DNA of 64,000 nucleotides from the NCBI GenBank assembly GCA_000004985.1, contig GG738864.1. One strand, written 5' to 3'. Position 1 is the stretch's first letter; each line of letters opens with the position of its first letter. The stretch is from Naegleria gruberi. Taxonomy: Eukaryota. Below, one piece after another: positions 20,487 to 31,185 of this stretch. Below the pieces are notes generated by a model that had not been told where the DNA came from, did no database searches, and saw only the letters and a program-made list of their open reading frames with translations. A program made the position numbers and the translations under genes.

Positions 20487-21410
20487 ATGTCCGCCTCATC
20501 AAATTCTAATAATTATTCATCTGTTGTAATTGCAGGAGCAAGTGGTAATCTTGGTAACCAAATTGTTAAAGCTTTTCTCAATCAACCAAATGTTAGAACT
20601 CATATTCTTGTTAGAAATGAAAGCAAACACAAGGTTGAAGAATTGATCAAGTTGGGAGCTCACATTATTGAGGGAGATGTAACAACCTCAAGTGTTGAAG
20701 AGTTGGCTCAATCATTCAAAGGAATTGAAGTTATTGTTAGTGCACTTTCTGGTGATCATTCAGTTGTTTTTGATGGTCAACTGAAATTATTGAATGCTGC
20801 CAAGTTGAGTGGGGTTAAAAAGTTTGTTCCTTCAAGTTACGGTTTCAATTTCCAAGATTATTTGCAATTAGGTGATAGTTTACTCATTGATCCAAAGAAG
20901 AAATTGATTAATGATTTGCAATCTCAAAACCAAGTTGACTATCTATTGATTCACAATGGTTTATTCTATAGTTATGCTTTCTTTCCAGGTTTCCTATTCC
21001 AAAAGGAAAATGACACTATTAAATACTATGGAGATTTGAATGTCAAAATCCAATTGACTGACACTTTAGATATTGCCAAGTATGTTGTCGAAGCATCTTT
21101 GAATCCACAATTAAAGAACAAATCCATCAACGTTGCTGGTGATGAAAAGACCTTGGAAGAATTAGCTCACTTGAGTTTCCCTCAAACTCAACTCAAATTT
21201 GAAAAGTTGGGATCCGCCCAAGATTTGAAGAATCTCATCCAGAAAGAAATTCAACAAGGATTGAAACCAGAACAAATTGGTCCAATTATTTATCAACAAT
21301 TACAATGGATTGCAATTTCAGGAGTTGCACATCCACCAAAAACTGATAACGATCTCTTCAATGTTAAACCACTTTCATTGAATGATTATGTAAAAAATCA
21401 AAAACAATAA
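20487..21410 (+). CDS. NmrA-like / isoflavone-reductase-like NAD(P)-binding protein
   Basis: 307 aa. VVIAGASGNLGNQIVKAFL Rossmann motif. ATG start, TAA stop. Confidence 0.55.
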   Translation: MSASSNSNNYSSVVIAGASGNLGNQIVKAFLNQPNVRTHILVRNESKHKVEELIKLGAHIIEGDVTTSSVEELAQSFKGIEVIVSALSGDHSVVFDGQLKLLNAAKLSGVKKFVPSSYGFNFQDYLQLGDSLLIDPKKKLINDLQSQNQVDYLLIHNGLFYSYAFFPGFLFQKENDTIKYYGDLNVKIQLTDTLDIAKYVVEASLNPQLKNKSINVAGDEKTLEELAHLSFPQTQLKFEKLGSAQDLKNLIQKEIQQGLKPEQIGPIIYQQLQWIAISGVAHPPKTDNDLFNVKPLSLNDYVKNQKQ

Positions 21411-21745
21411 ACCCTATCCTGTACTATAGTAACGTTAATATTAAATCACCTACAAATTCTCAATTTTTAACAAGCTTCTTCATTGCGCTTATCATTGATG
21501 GCAAAGAAAAACGAATAATTAATCAATTTAAAAAAAACAAACAACAACGCGTCGCAGCGAAAAGCGAGGAAAACTCTGTGTTTTTTAATAATAGGACCAC
21601 ACAACAACAGCAAGTTACTTGCCGACTACAATAGTACACGTGGTGGATCATCAGAAAGAGAGGATTATTTTAGATCGGCTCGTTTTTTATATTGTGTTAT
21701 ATTCTTCTGTATTATATATTTAGTTGTAAATAGTTTCGGAAGGAA

Positions 21746-24493
21746 ATGAACATTCTCTTCTTGGTTGATACATCTTCATCGATGAATCAACTCACAACCA
21801 ATGGGATGAAATTGATTGATATTTCCAAGCATTGTATTGAACATTTCATCAAGAATAGACAAAAACATTTAATGCACCAACAAAAAAGGGATAATTATCT
21901 ATTGGTAACATCTGGACAAAAGGTAGTTGTTGGATGGAAAGATGCCACGGAATCATCATGTTTCCTTCAAAGATTGAAATCCCTAAAGGCTAATGATTTG
22001 ACTGAAATTGGGCCATCTTTGAAAAAGTCTTTTGATGTTTTAAATCAACATCGGCTTCAAAAAGGAGTGGACCATTATGGCATGGGAAGACATGCAAGTG
22101 CTGTAGAAAATTCTGCTATTGTTTTAATTACGGATGGTGAAAGATTAACTCAATCTGTTAATCCATTCGACCAAAGAGTATTTGTAAATCAATTTTTGGA
22201 TGCCAACAAATTGACACTCCCTAATCCACATTCATATTCTACAAAATTGACAGAGGAACCATTTAGATGGGATCAAAGAGTGTTCAGTATTATTTTACAA
22301 TTTCAAGCTGTTGGTACTTCTTTGACAACTGTTTCTCCATCAGCTTCACTTAATCCCTCATTGGCCAATCAACAACAACAACAAGCCAATTTGACAAATC
22401 AAACACCAACTATTACAGATAATCCAATAGCTCCAATAAGTGAAGTTACAGGTGGCTTATCGAGAACTTTCTCAAATATGGTTTCTCTCCTAAAATTTAT
22501 GGATGATTTATCTGGTGTTCAGCTTGCTAGACCTTCAGTGGTTGTAAATTTTGACATTGTAAAAACATTGAATAATAAGCAATCCAGTGTTTTCCCTCCA
22601 ACAAATAATGAGGGTCTAGGAAAAACTGTACTACAATATATTACTCAACCTCAGCAAAGAGAATCCTTTTGGCCAATACCAGAGAACTATCTTCCAGGTG
22701 CTAACATGACAGAACTGCCAACAAGAAGAGCTCAACCATCTATTTCTTTACTATATACTGAAAAGAATGATATTCTTTTGACAATGGCTCTTAACAAATT
22801 CCCAATTTATGATATTTTTGAAATCAGTACTCAAAGTCCAATTGGAAAATATGTTATTCAACAGTCAAGCAGAGAAGGATGCTATAAAGCCTTTGTAACA
22901 AACAGTACTCCGAGTAATTATGGATTTGGAGAAAGTTTTGGATTTTTAAAGAAGATTGCTGTCCAAAATAGTACTGGAGAAGTTGAAAATAAGATTTATT
23001 TCTACCTTCTGCCATATAACTTTTTGAGATTATTTTATTTGATGAATGAGTTTGTTGTAACCCACAAGTCTCAACCCTCAGCTGCTTGGATCCAACAGTT
23101 CCATAAATTTGTACAGAATCTCCCTGCCTACTATATCAAACCACTTAAATCAGCGATGAACAAATGGTTTGGAGCATTTGCCCATTTCCCTGATGTACCT
23201 TACGAACTACCAAGCTCATTACAACTCTATTACAAGCAACTAGTTGATGAGGAGAAACGATTTAACAAAGATATGGAATTAGAGGAAAGTGGATCATCTA
23301 CCAATGTAAATTTACCAAATGACTCACTTCCAAAAAATGACGACCAAATGCAAGATCCTCCATCCTTCCCAATAATCAGTTTCACAAATCCATATGTTGC
23401 CAAAAAGGAAACCAATAATTTAATTAGAAATCCATTCGATATCGACAAAACATCACTCCTGAAACAAATGAAAATGATGAGCCAGTACCTTTTCCATTCA
23501 GTTGTTGTAGAAGTTCCAGAAGATGCTGACCATTCTAAAATACCTTTGGATCAACATTTAAGAGATTTATCAAAAGAAGAAATTAAGAAACACTCCACTC
23601 CAATATCTCAAATGGGTAACTTTGATAAGGTATTATTGTCTAAGGAGGTTTTGAGAGACCCATTCGAGCCTCAAAAGCAGAAACAAGTCAACTTTGGAAG
23701 CCCATATCAGAAAAAGAAAAAGAGATTGAGATCAATTCATATGAACGCCCCATTACTTCTCGATAAATTAGTTGATGAATCTGAGATGGATCTGAAACAA
23801 AAGGAGGAGGAAGAATCATCAGAATTTGATGCAAAGGTGGAATCAATGCTCTTATTAGAACCAAACATTGCCGATTCAAATGTATCATCAATACCAGTTG
23901 AACCTAGTTCAGCTCCACTTGAAACACACGAACCTTTTGAAACAGAGTTAGAAAAGATTGAACCAGTTCCACCAATTATTGAAGATGCTGTTCCAATTAT
24001 TGTAGATGATGTAATACCTGACCAATATGCAGCCCTAACACAAAGTAGTACTAAGCCACAATCCCCTACCTCAAATCTTCCTGGTAAAGCGGCCAATTTT
24101 AGACCTCCATCAACCAATAGAAAATCTAAAGCTAATCCTCAAAAAGAACATGCTCAATTATTTGTTGATAGTTTCCAAAACAACCATGAATGTTTACAAT
24201 TTGTTTCTCAACTTCCTGACCCTTTACTTTCAGCTGTTGTGACGAGAGTAATGCAACAAGAATTAACAGATGGCAAAAAGAAACAACAACTAGATGCCAT
24301 TAGATCAAAGATAAGAAAAAGAAAACGTAAAGACATGGAAGAATTGGAAGAAGCAAAAGATATTACTTCTGATATTAATAAGGTTCATTTCCCAACTAGA
24401 GAAAGTAGGACAGTCTTTGTTAGAGAAATAATCGCTATAGCCGCTTTATTTAAAAAAACCAAACTAGCTCAATTATTGACAGAAGAGCTCTAA
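21746..24493 (+). CDS. INTS6: Integrator complex subunit 6 (INTS6/DDX26-like) homolog
   Basis: 915 aa single exon. N-terminus MNILFLVDTSSSMNQ (vWA start), ...LVTSGQKVVVGWKD..., and TEEPFRWDQRVF match human INTS6 MPILLFLIDTSASMNQ...TKEPFRWDQRLF. Long disordered C-terminal half. Confidence 0.7.
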   Translation: MNILFLVDTSSSMNQLTTNGMKLIDISKHCIEHFIKNRQKHLMHQQKRDNYLLVTSGQKVVVGWKDATESSCFLQRLKSLKANDLTEIGPSLKKSFDVLNQHRLQKGVDHYGMGRHASAVENSAIVLITDGERLTQSVNPFDQRVFVNQFLDANKLTLPNPHSYSTKLTEEPFRWDQRVFSIILQFQAVGTSLTTVSPSASLNPSLANQQQQQANLTNQTPTITDNPIAPISEVTGGLSRTFSNMVSLLKFMDDLSGVQLARPSVVVNFDIVKTLNNKQSSVFPPTNNEGLGKTVLQYITQPQQRESFWPIPENYLPGANMTELPTRRAQPSISLLYTEKNDILLTMALNKFPIYDIFEISTQSPIGKYVIQQSSREGCYKAFVTNSTPSNYGFGESFGFLKKIAVQNSTGEVENKIYFYLLPYNFLRLFYLMNEFVVTHKSQPSAAWIQQFHKFVQNLPAYYIKPLKSAMNKWFGAFAHFPDVPYELPSSLQLYYKQLVDEEKRFNKDMELEESGSSTNVNLPNDSLPKNDDQMQDPPSFPIISFTNPYVAKKETNNLIRNPFDIDKTSLLKQMKMMSQYLFHSVVVEVPEDADHSKIPLDQHLRDLSKEEIKKHSTPISQMGNFDKVLLSKEVLRDPFEPQKQKQVNFGSPYQKKKKRLRSIHMNAPLLLDKLVDESEMDLKQKEEEESSEFDAKVESMLLLEPNIADSNVSSIPVEPSSAPLETHEPFETELEKIEPVPPIIEDAVPIIVDDVIPDQYAALTQSSTKPQSPTSNLPGKAANFRPPSTNRKSKANPQKEHAQLFVDSFQNNHECLQFVSQLPDPLLSAVVTRVMQQELTDGKKKQQLDAIRSKIRKRKRKDMEELEEAKDITSDINKVHFPTRESRTVFVREIIAIAALFKKTKLAQLLTEEL

Positions 24494-24508
24494 TTATAAT
24501 GTACAGCT

Positions 24509-27500
24509 TTATTCATTCAAAAATTCAAAACTTGACTCTTCTTGATTCTCAGTTTTTTCTTCCTCCTCATTTCCAGCAATGAAATCAAACGATGATTTTT
24601 CTTCGCTAACTGGTTCTGATTCAGTTGGTTCTATAGTTGATTCAATAATTGGGACTTGTTCAGTTGGTTCTTCATCTCCTGATGCGATAAAATCAAAGGA
24701 CGATTCCTCTTGTTTTGGTTCTTCTTCATTTTGAGACTCTTCAGAAATAAAATTGAAGGATGATGGTTCAGTTGTCTCTTCAGTTGGTTCTTCAACTTGC
24801 TTAGCTTCTTCAACAACTTCTTCAACTGGTTCTTCTTCAGTTTTAATAAAATCGAAAGAGGTTGATTCCTCAACTGCTTCATTATCGTTACTGTCATTGA
24901 AGGTTTGATATTCTTCAACATGTTGCTCTTCTTCTTGTGGAGCCTCACTAACAGTAGTAGTGGCAACGGCTTCTGTTGATTCTTCTACTTTTTCTTCCTT
25001 TTCAGTAACCTTTTCTTCTACCAACTCTTCTTCCACCTTTTCTTCCTTTGGTTCTTCAGGAGGAATTTGAGATTTCAATTCTTCAATTTTAGTTTTGACT
25101 TCTGCAATCTTAACCTTTGTTTCTTCCAATTGTTGGTCCAAAACTTCACATAAATCAAATTGCTCCTTTTCTAAAGCATCATTGATATTGTCATTAATCT
25201 TACTTTCTGATTTCTTCAATTCTTCAAGATTAGATTCTAATTTTACAAGCTTATCCTTTGGAGATAAATTTTCCTCAACAACTTTGACTTCATTAACTTG
25301 GACTTGTTGTTGTTGATTTGGAGATTGCTCTTCAACCTTTTCAATAACTGGAGTTTTAGGTTTTGGTACCTCTGGACTATTGATTGACTTTTTCATTTCG
25401 AGCAATTCCTCATCTGATAGTGAAATAATTGACTTAAGCTGTCTAACTTGATAATTGAAAAGAGCAATTAATTCATCAATAACATCAAATCTCAACTTGA
25501 GTTGTTCAGGTGCTTCAACTTCTAAAAGCTTTACGCGATTTTTTTCCAAGAAATCTATTCTCTTCAAACACAATCTAATGAATCGTTTAGAATCCACCTT
25601 ATCAACTTGTTCAAGTCTGTTGTGGGTAGCATCAAGTTCTTGGGTCAATCCTAGCTTTTGTTCCTCCAATTGTGTTTGTTCTTGCTTTAAGCTTGGGATA
25701 CTTGATTCAAGTTCCTGAATCAATTTGGTTAATTTATCGCTTTCTTCTTTACATTGAGCAGCTTCCTTAAATTTACGTGCTTTAGCATATTCAAGCTTGT
25801 CTGCCTGTACTTTTGGCAATCTATCATTTGCTCTTTGAAGTTGTTGAGTTGAGTTATCCAATTCCATTGAAACAGATGAGAGATGAGATTTGAGGGTAGA
25901 CAATTGTTGACTGAGAGCTCCTAATTCCTTAATTATTTGAGGTCTACTGTCATTAGGTGAACCTGGACATTCTTCCAGTTTATCCAATTTTTCAACCATG
26001 TCAATTATTTGTGAAACTCTTACTTGTTGGGTTTGTAGGTAGTCCTTGTATTGTCTCTTATCCATCATGGCATCATATTTCTTGGTTTCTTTGGTTTCAA
26101 TATTGGTCAAGTCCTTATTAAGAGTTGCAGAAAGTTTTTCAAACGAATCAACATCATCCAAATAATTTTGCTTTCTCTTTTGGAATTGTTCCTCATCATA
26201 AGATATCAACTTGAGTTGTTCATTAAAATCTTCCTCATACTTCTTGATTTTGTCTGTAACATCACTAAGTAAAGAAAGAACAGTCTTTTGTTCTGCTCTC
26301 TTTTCTTTCAACTTTCTTTCAAGTTCAGCAATTTCTCTAGAGATTTCTTCATTTTGATCTCTTAAATTATCTTCTTGAATTCTCAAATCCTTTGTAGAAT
26401 AATCAATTTGGTCAGTAATTCTTGTCTTTCTCTTTTGGAATTCATTCTCTTCCAATTTAATGCTTTCACCCATTCTCTTGATACGATTAGTTTCTGATTC
26501 TAATCTTTCACGACGTAATTCCTTCAATGGATTATTTTTCTTTAAAAAGTCATCATAATCCTTCTTTGTTGTTGTAAATGAGAAATCAACTCTTGAGTAA
26601 ACAAGATTGATTTCCTTCTTCATTTCAGTCAAAGTCTTAGAAATTGCAGAAATATAAGAATCGTTATTTTTCTCGGTCACTTGAATTTCTTCAATTTTTG
26701 TTCTCAACTCTGTTAATTCTTGTTCAATTTGTTCAGCCTTCTCGAATTCTTCCTGTTCAGTATATTCATCAAGTAATTGTTCGAGAGATTGAATTTTTTC
26801 TTGAAGAAGAGAGAATTGGTTCTCCTTCTTTTCATCAATCTTCTTTTGTTCTTCATCAAGCAATTTTGAAATTCTAGTTGAATATTTTGTAAGAGATGAA
26901 TTAATTGTAGACTTGATGTTTATCCAATCATTATCTACTGTTTCCTTTTCCTCCTCAATAGTTTCCGATTTGAAGGAATCTCTTCTTGTTGGTTTTTCCT
27001 CCTTGATTGATGTAACAACTGGACTTTCAATATGCTTTACAGGAGTAGAAGCTACAGGAGTTGAAGCAGAACCAACTTCAGAACTTGAACTACCTCTATC
27101 AAGTCTTCTTGGCTTGACTTGTAAAGAAGCAAAATCAATATCATCAGAAGGGCTTGAGGATTTTCTTGGTTCTGCAACTACTGGTGATGGTTTTAATTTT
27201 GGTTCCTCATCCTCAGTAGTCTTCAGAAATGATGAAATTGTAGAATCATCTTGTTCCTCATCCTCATTAGTATTACTATTGTTATTTGATTGAATGTGTG
27301 TTGTTAATTGAGAGCTGTGATTCAACTTAATATTATTTTCAATGTTTGAAAATGTTTTTTGAGCCATTGAATATTCTCTATCCAATTCATCACTTGTTTG
27401 ATCCAATTGTTTTAATTCTTCATCAACCTTGCTATTTTTTGCATTCTTTCTTCTTCCTTTTCCTACAGATCGATTGATTTTAATTTGACCAGGAATTGGT

Positions 27501-27908
27501 TGAATATTTTCAGGTTCATCTTGAGGTGTTGTTGCAGAGGTTGTTGTATCATCATCGTTAATAAAAGAAAAAGAAGATCCAGTATCGTGAGTTGAAACTG
27601 TTGGTGTGACTTCTCTGTGGCTACTGAGTCTAGAAGAACTTCCGGATGATGTACTGTTTTGAAAATAATGTTGTTTTTAAATATTACTACTTTGTTTTTA
27701 AAACCTACGAGTAAGTAGAAGTATTTCCGTAGTTGCTTGAATGTACTGTCATTCCTCCAAACAATTCATCTCCTTGATTTTGTTGATTTATAGAAGAAGG
27801 TGACGAAGAAGCAGCTGTTCCCAAAGGTGGTTCATACTCGGCAGTGCTCTTAGTTGGAGCATTATTCCGTTGTTTTGAATTATTACCTCTACCGAAGAAG
27901 CCAAACAT
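24509..27908 (-). CDS. Long coiled-coil protein (over 1100 aa) with iterated acidic SSFDF(I/L) motifs; two exons (27709-27908 and 24509-27653)
   Basis: The upstream reading frame stays open beyond the track's non-ATG start at 27406. Exon 1 MFGFFGRGNN...NTSTY then GTAGGT...ACAG (55-nt intron). The central ~600 aa is heptad-rich E/K/L/Q. The C-terminus has 5 or more copies of EE(S/T)SF(D/N/E)F(I/L) and the N-region has SSFSFI / DDIDFASL variants. TAA stop. Confidence 0.5.
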
Positions 27909-28123
27909 GCTTTACTTTCAAGATTTTTTTTATTGATGATGTAATTACTCATAGTACCCAGCAATTACTCATAATGAAACACAGTAAAGATTATTTATCA
28001 TCAAAATATGATTTAGATAATAGAGAACATTTTACAATCCTAATGAAACTACCCAAGAAGAAAAATTATACAAGGAAATTATAATTTAGAGTTTTGCTAG
28101 TTGATGTATTATTAATAATTAAA

Positions 28124-28638
28124 TTATTCAATCTTTGGGTTAACTGGTGGACGGAATTCAACACCCAAAACGTGGTGAGCGCATGATTCAAAAGCACTTC
28201 TTTGTGGATAACAATCTAATATAAATTATATTATTATGTTTAAACATTCCGATTCATTAATTAATTCCTTACCTTTGTAGTCATATTCACGCTTTCTCAG
28301 ACATTCAACGAGAGTAGAGAACTTTGGTTGACAAGGAGAGTTCATAAATTCAGAAGCAAGACTGAAGACACATTTACGACAGTTAATGCTTTCCTTCAAA
28401 CAATCTACAATATTATAATATTAATTCGACAATTAATGTTGTGTGATGAAAAATAAAATAATAATTTTGATGATCGTCAAATTAAAACACTATTGCGAAA
28501 TTTACCTTCTGGATTTTCGCTCTTTGATTTACATTTCATATATTCAGTATTTTCAGTTGAACACTTGGTCAAGAGAGCAGGAGCCAAGGCAGCAATGACA
28601 GCGGAAGAGTCAATAGAGTATTGTTCGGTGGTAGACAT
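28124..28638 (-). CDS. NDUFA8: NDUFA8-like twin-CHCH (four Cx9C-type pairs) mitochondrial protein, 3 exons
   Basis: Spliced protein ...IDSSAVIAALAPALLTKCSTENTEYMKCKSKSENPEGDCLKESINCRKCVFSLASEFMNSPCQPKFSTLVECLRKREYDYKDCYPQRSAFESCAHHVLG... aligns with human NDUFA8 ([26 protein letters not shown]...RCLEEGKLVNKCALDFF...). Donors GTAAAT and GTAAGG. Confidence 0.55.
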
Positions 28639-29082
28639 TTTTTTCGTGTAATTACAACATCGCAACAATAAGAGAAGGCTTTAAAGTATTGCAGTCTACT
28701 GATTGAATTCTCCTACATGATGGTTTGGAATGAAGAAAAGAATAGAATAATGTACAATCAGTTGCATCATACATGTTTTCTTCTTAGTAATCTTCAGCTC
28801 AGTCACAATGAATAAAATTATTGTCTATTAAAATATTTGAAAGGCCAATAAAAAACTGCAAAATTTTATGAAAAACTAACTTGTTAAGGTAAAGAATTAG
28901 CATTAATAAACACTAATTTTACAAAGTTACAAAAATTGTGTATGTGAAAATTGTACATCAACACTATTCCTTGTTCATTGACTGTGGTTATTCCGTTGAT
29001 GCTTTGTGTTCAATAACAAAAAGGAAAAACAATAAAAAAGAAATTGAGGAGGGAAATACAAAGCCAAAAATAACTCAAAAAA

Positions 29083-30435
29083 ATGGCAGACGATCTATTA
29101 ATGAGTTTTATGTCTATCACAGACGAAAACAACGTTGAAACTGCTCAACATTACTTGGAAGCAGCTGGATTTGATTTGGAGACTGCTGTAGAATTATTCT
29201 TCTCTAATCAACCTGCAAGTAAATCCAATTCAAGTGCTACTACTACTACAAGTAACAAGCCTACAATACCCTCCGATTATGAAGATATTAGATCACCTAT
29301 TCCGCAACAAGCCTCCAGACTGTATGACTCATTTCAAGGAAATGATTATTCCTATGATAATTCTCAATCCTATTCTGTACCATCTTTTGTAACTTCAAAT
29401 CAATACAACAATAGAGCAAACCAACAATTCCAATCATCAAGATTAACAAAACACGGTGATGAATTTTCGGAAATGTTTAAAAAGCCAGATATTGTATTTA
29501 AGGGAAGTTTTGATGCTGCCAAACAAGAGGCTGAAACATCAGGAAGATGGCTTATTGTAGAAATTCAAAAGGATGATATTTTTGACTGTCACAGAATGAA
29601 TAGAGATACTTGGAATCACGAAGTTGTGAAAACAATTGTGGATACATTCTTTGTTCTTTGGCAAGCTGATGATGGAACTAATCAGGCTGAATTATTTAAA
29701 ACAAGATATCGTATTCGTTCCTATCCTTTCGTTTGTATTATTGACCCAAGAACTGGAGAAAATATGAAGACTTGGGAAGGTAAATATATCGATGCCAGCA
29801 CAATGGTAGATTCTCTTCAAAACTTTGCCGATAGTCACTCACTTATGGATCACCTTCCTTCACCATCTCCAAATACTTTACATACTCCAAATCCATTCGA
29901 TAATATTCCAGTTCAACACCTTCCTTCAACAACGGCAACAACAACAACTAGTCACCATACTGATATGTCAACAGGTGATGAAACAGAGGAAGAAATGATT
30001 AGAGCTGCTATTGAGGCTTCACTCCAAGAATCTAATGCCATGCAGGACGATGACGTGCAAATTTTAGATAGTTTCCCAATTGCTCAACCAACAACAGCCA
30101 CTAATACTATATCGACACCAGTTGTTCAAGAACCACCAAAACCTCAAGAAACACCTGACAAGCAAGTTAATGTTTCCGATTTTGTCGTTGAACAAGGAGA
30201 TACAACCAGAATTCAAGTTAAATTACCAGACGGAAAGAAGGAAGTTATTAAGATTTTGAAGAGTGCTCCATTGGCAGCTGTTTATGCTGTCTGTAGACAA
30301 AAATTAGGAGACAGTGTACCATCATTTACCATTACTTATTTTGACAAGACTCAAAAGACTTTGGAAAATACCTTAGAAAAAACTTTAGGAGGAGAAGGAA
30401 TTTTAGGAGCTGCTTTATCAGTTGTTCCTGAATAA
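29083..30435 (+). CDS. UBA-UAS-UIM-UBX adaptor (UBXD7/Ubx5-like p97 cofactor)
   Basis: 450 aa. N-terminal UBA-like region (FMSITDENNVETAQHYLEAAGFDLETAVELFF). Thioredoxin-like UAS (GRWLIVEIQKDDIFDCHRMNRDTW). UIM (EEEMIRAAIEASLQES). C-terminal UBX (TRIQVKLPDGKKEVIKILKSAPLAAVYAV...). Confidence 0.7.
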   Translation: MADDLLMSFMSITDENNVETAQHYLEAAGFDLETAVELFFSNQPASKSNSSATTTTSNKPTIPSDYEDIRSPIPQQASRLYDSFQGNDYSYDNSQSYSVPSFVTSNQYNNRANQQFQSSRLTKHGDEFSEMFKKPDIVFKGSFDAAKQEAETSGRWLIVEIQKDDIFDCHRMNRDTWNHEVVKTIVDTFFVLWQADDGTNQAELFKTRYRIRSYPFVCIIDPRTGENMKTWEGKYIDASTMVDSLQNFADSHSLMDHLPSPSPNTLHTPNPFDNIPVQHLPSTTATTTTSHHTDMSTGDETEEEMIRAAIEASLQESNAMQDDDVQILDSFPIAQPTTATNTISTPVVQEPPKPQETPDKQVNVSDFVVEQGDTTRIQVKLPDGKKEVIKILKSAPLAAVYAVCRQKLGDSVPSFTITYFDKTQKTLENTLEKTLGGEGILGAALSVVPE

Positions 30436-30570
30436 ATGACAAATCCATTACTTTAAAGAAAGTGTATAGCGTAAATACCATTTAAATCATCAAGAAGCAA
30501 AAAACAAATTAGCTCACGATCGTAGGTGACAATAATAAACAAGTAAAATGTCAAAAAACTAAACACAAAT

Positions 30571-30928
30571 TTATTGGTGCTTGGCGAGCAATTCCTTGAC
30601 GAGAGCAACGTATTGTTCCATGGCATCTTCCTTGGTCATACCTTCCTTACCCTTCCAGGCGTCCCTATTTTAATATTGTTGTTATTAATAAAATATCATT
30701 TTAAAACAACTTACCATTTAGCTCTATCCTTCATGTAGAAGATAGATGGTTGATCAGTGTTGCAATCACCAACAGTAGCTTGCTTGTACTATAAAATTAT
30801 TAGTTGATGACATGATGAATATTTAAACATACCAAAGAGTACAACAAAAGGAGATCATCATTGGTTGGTCCAGAGGTCAACTTCTTGATGTCTTCAGCAG
30901 CTTGAGTGAAATCTTCTTGCAAACCCAT
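30571..30928 (-). CDS. Acyl-CoA-binding protein (ACBP/DBI), 3 exons
   Basis: Spliced: MGLQEDFTQAAEDIKKLTSGPTNDDLLLLYSL | YKQATVGDCNTDQPSIFYMKDRAKW | DAWKGKEGMTKEDAMEQYVALVKELLAKHQ. Canonical ACBP motifs YKQATVGD and KWDAW. GTATGT and GTAAGT donors. Confidence 0.7.
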
Positions 30929-31185
30929 TTTTATGTGTTGTTGATTTTTTGTTTTTTGAAAATTTATTTTCCTTCTTCCGAAGGCCATTTAATTCGGCCC
31001 AAGACAAGTCATCAAATTTTTAGTCCGTTGTTGATTGTCGACGTTGTAAAGTTGCTTTCAGTTTATTGGTTTGAATTATCAATTAACAGCTTTGGCACGT
31101 CAAGAGTTGAGGATGGCCATTAATTGCATGAAAAGTTTCTTAATTGTTAAATTGTCTAATTTGCAATATTTTCAAATATTAAAAA

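Noticed and set aside
24631-27293. Multiple 70-130-aa ORFs in other frames or antisense within the coiled-coil gene; likewise 56434-56972 inside RPA1
   Set aside because: Low-complexity mirror ORFs produced by GAA/AAG-rich coding sequence. They are fully contained in well-supported long ORFs.
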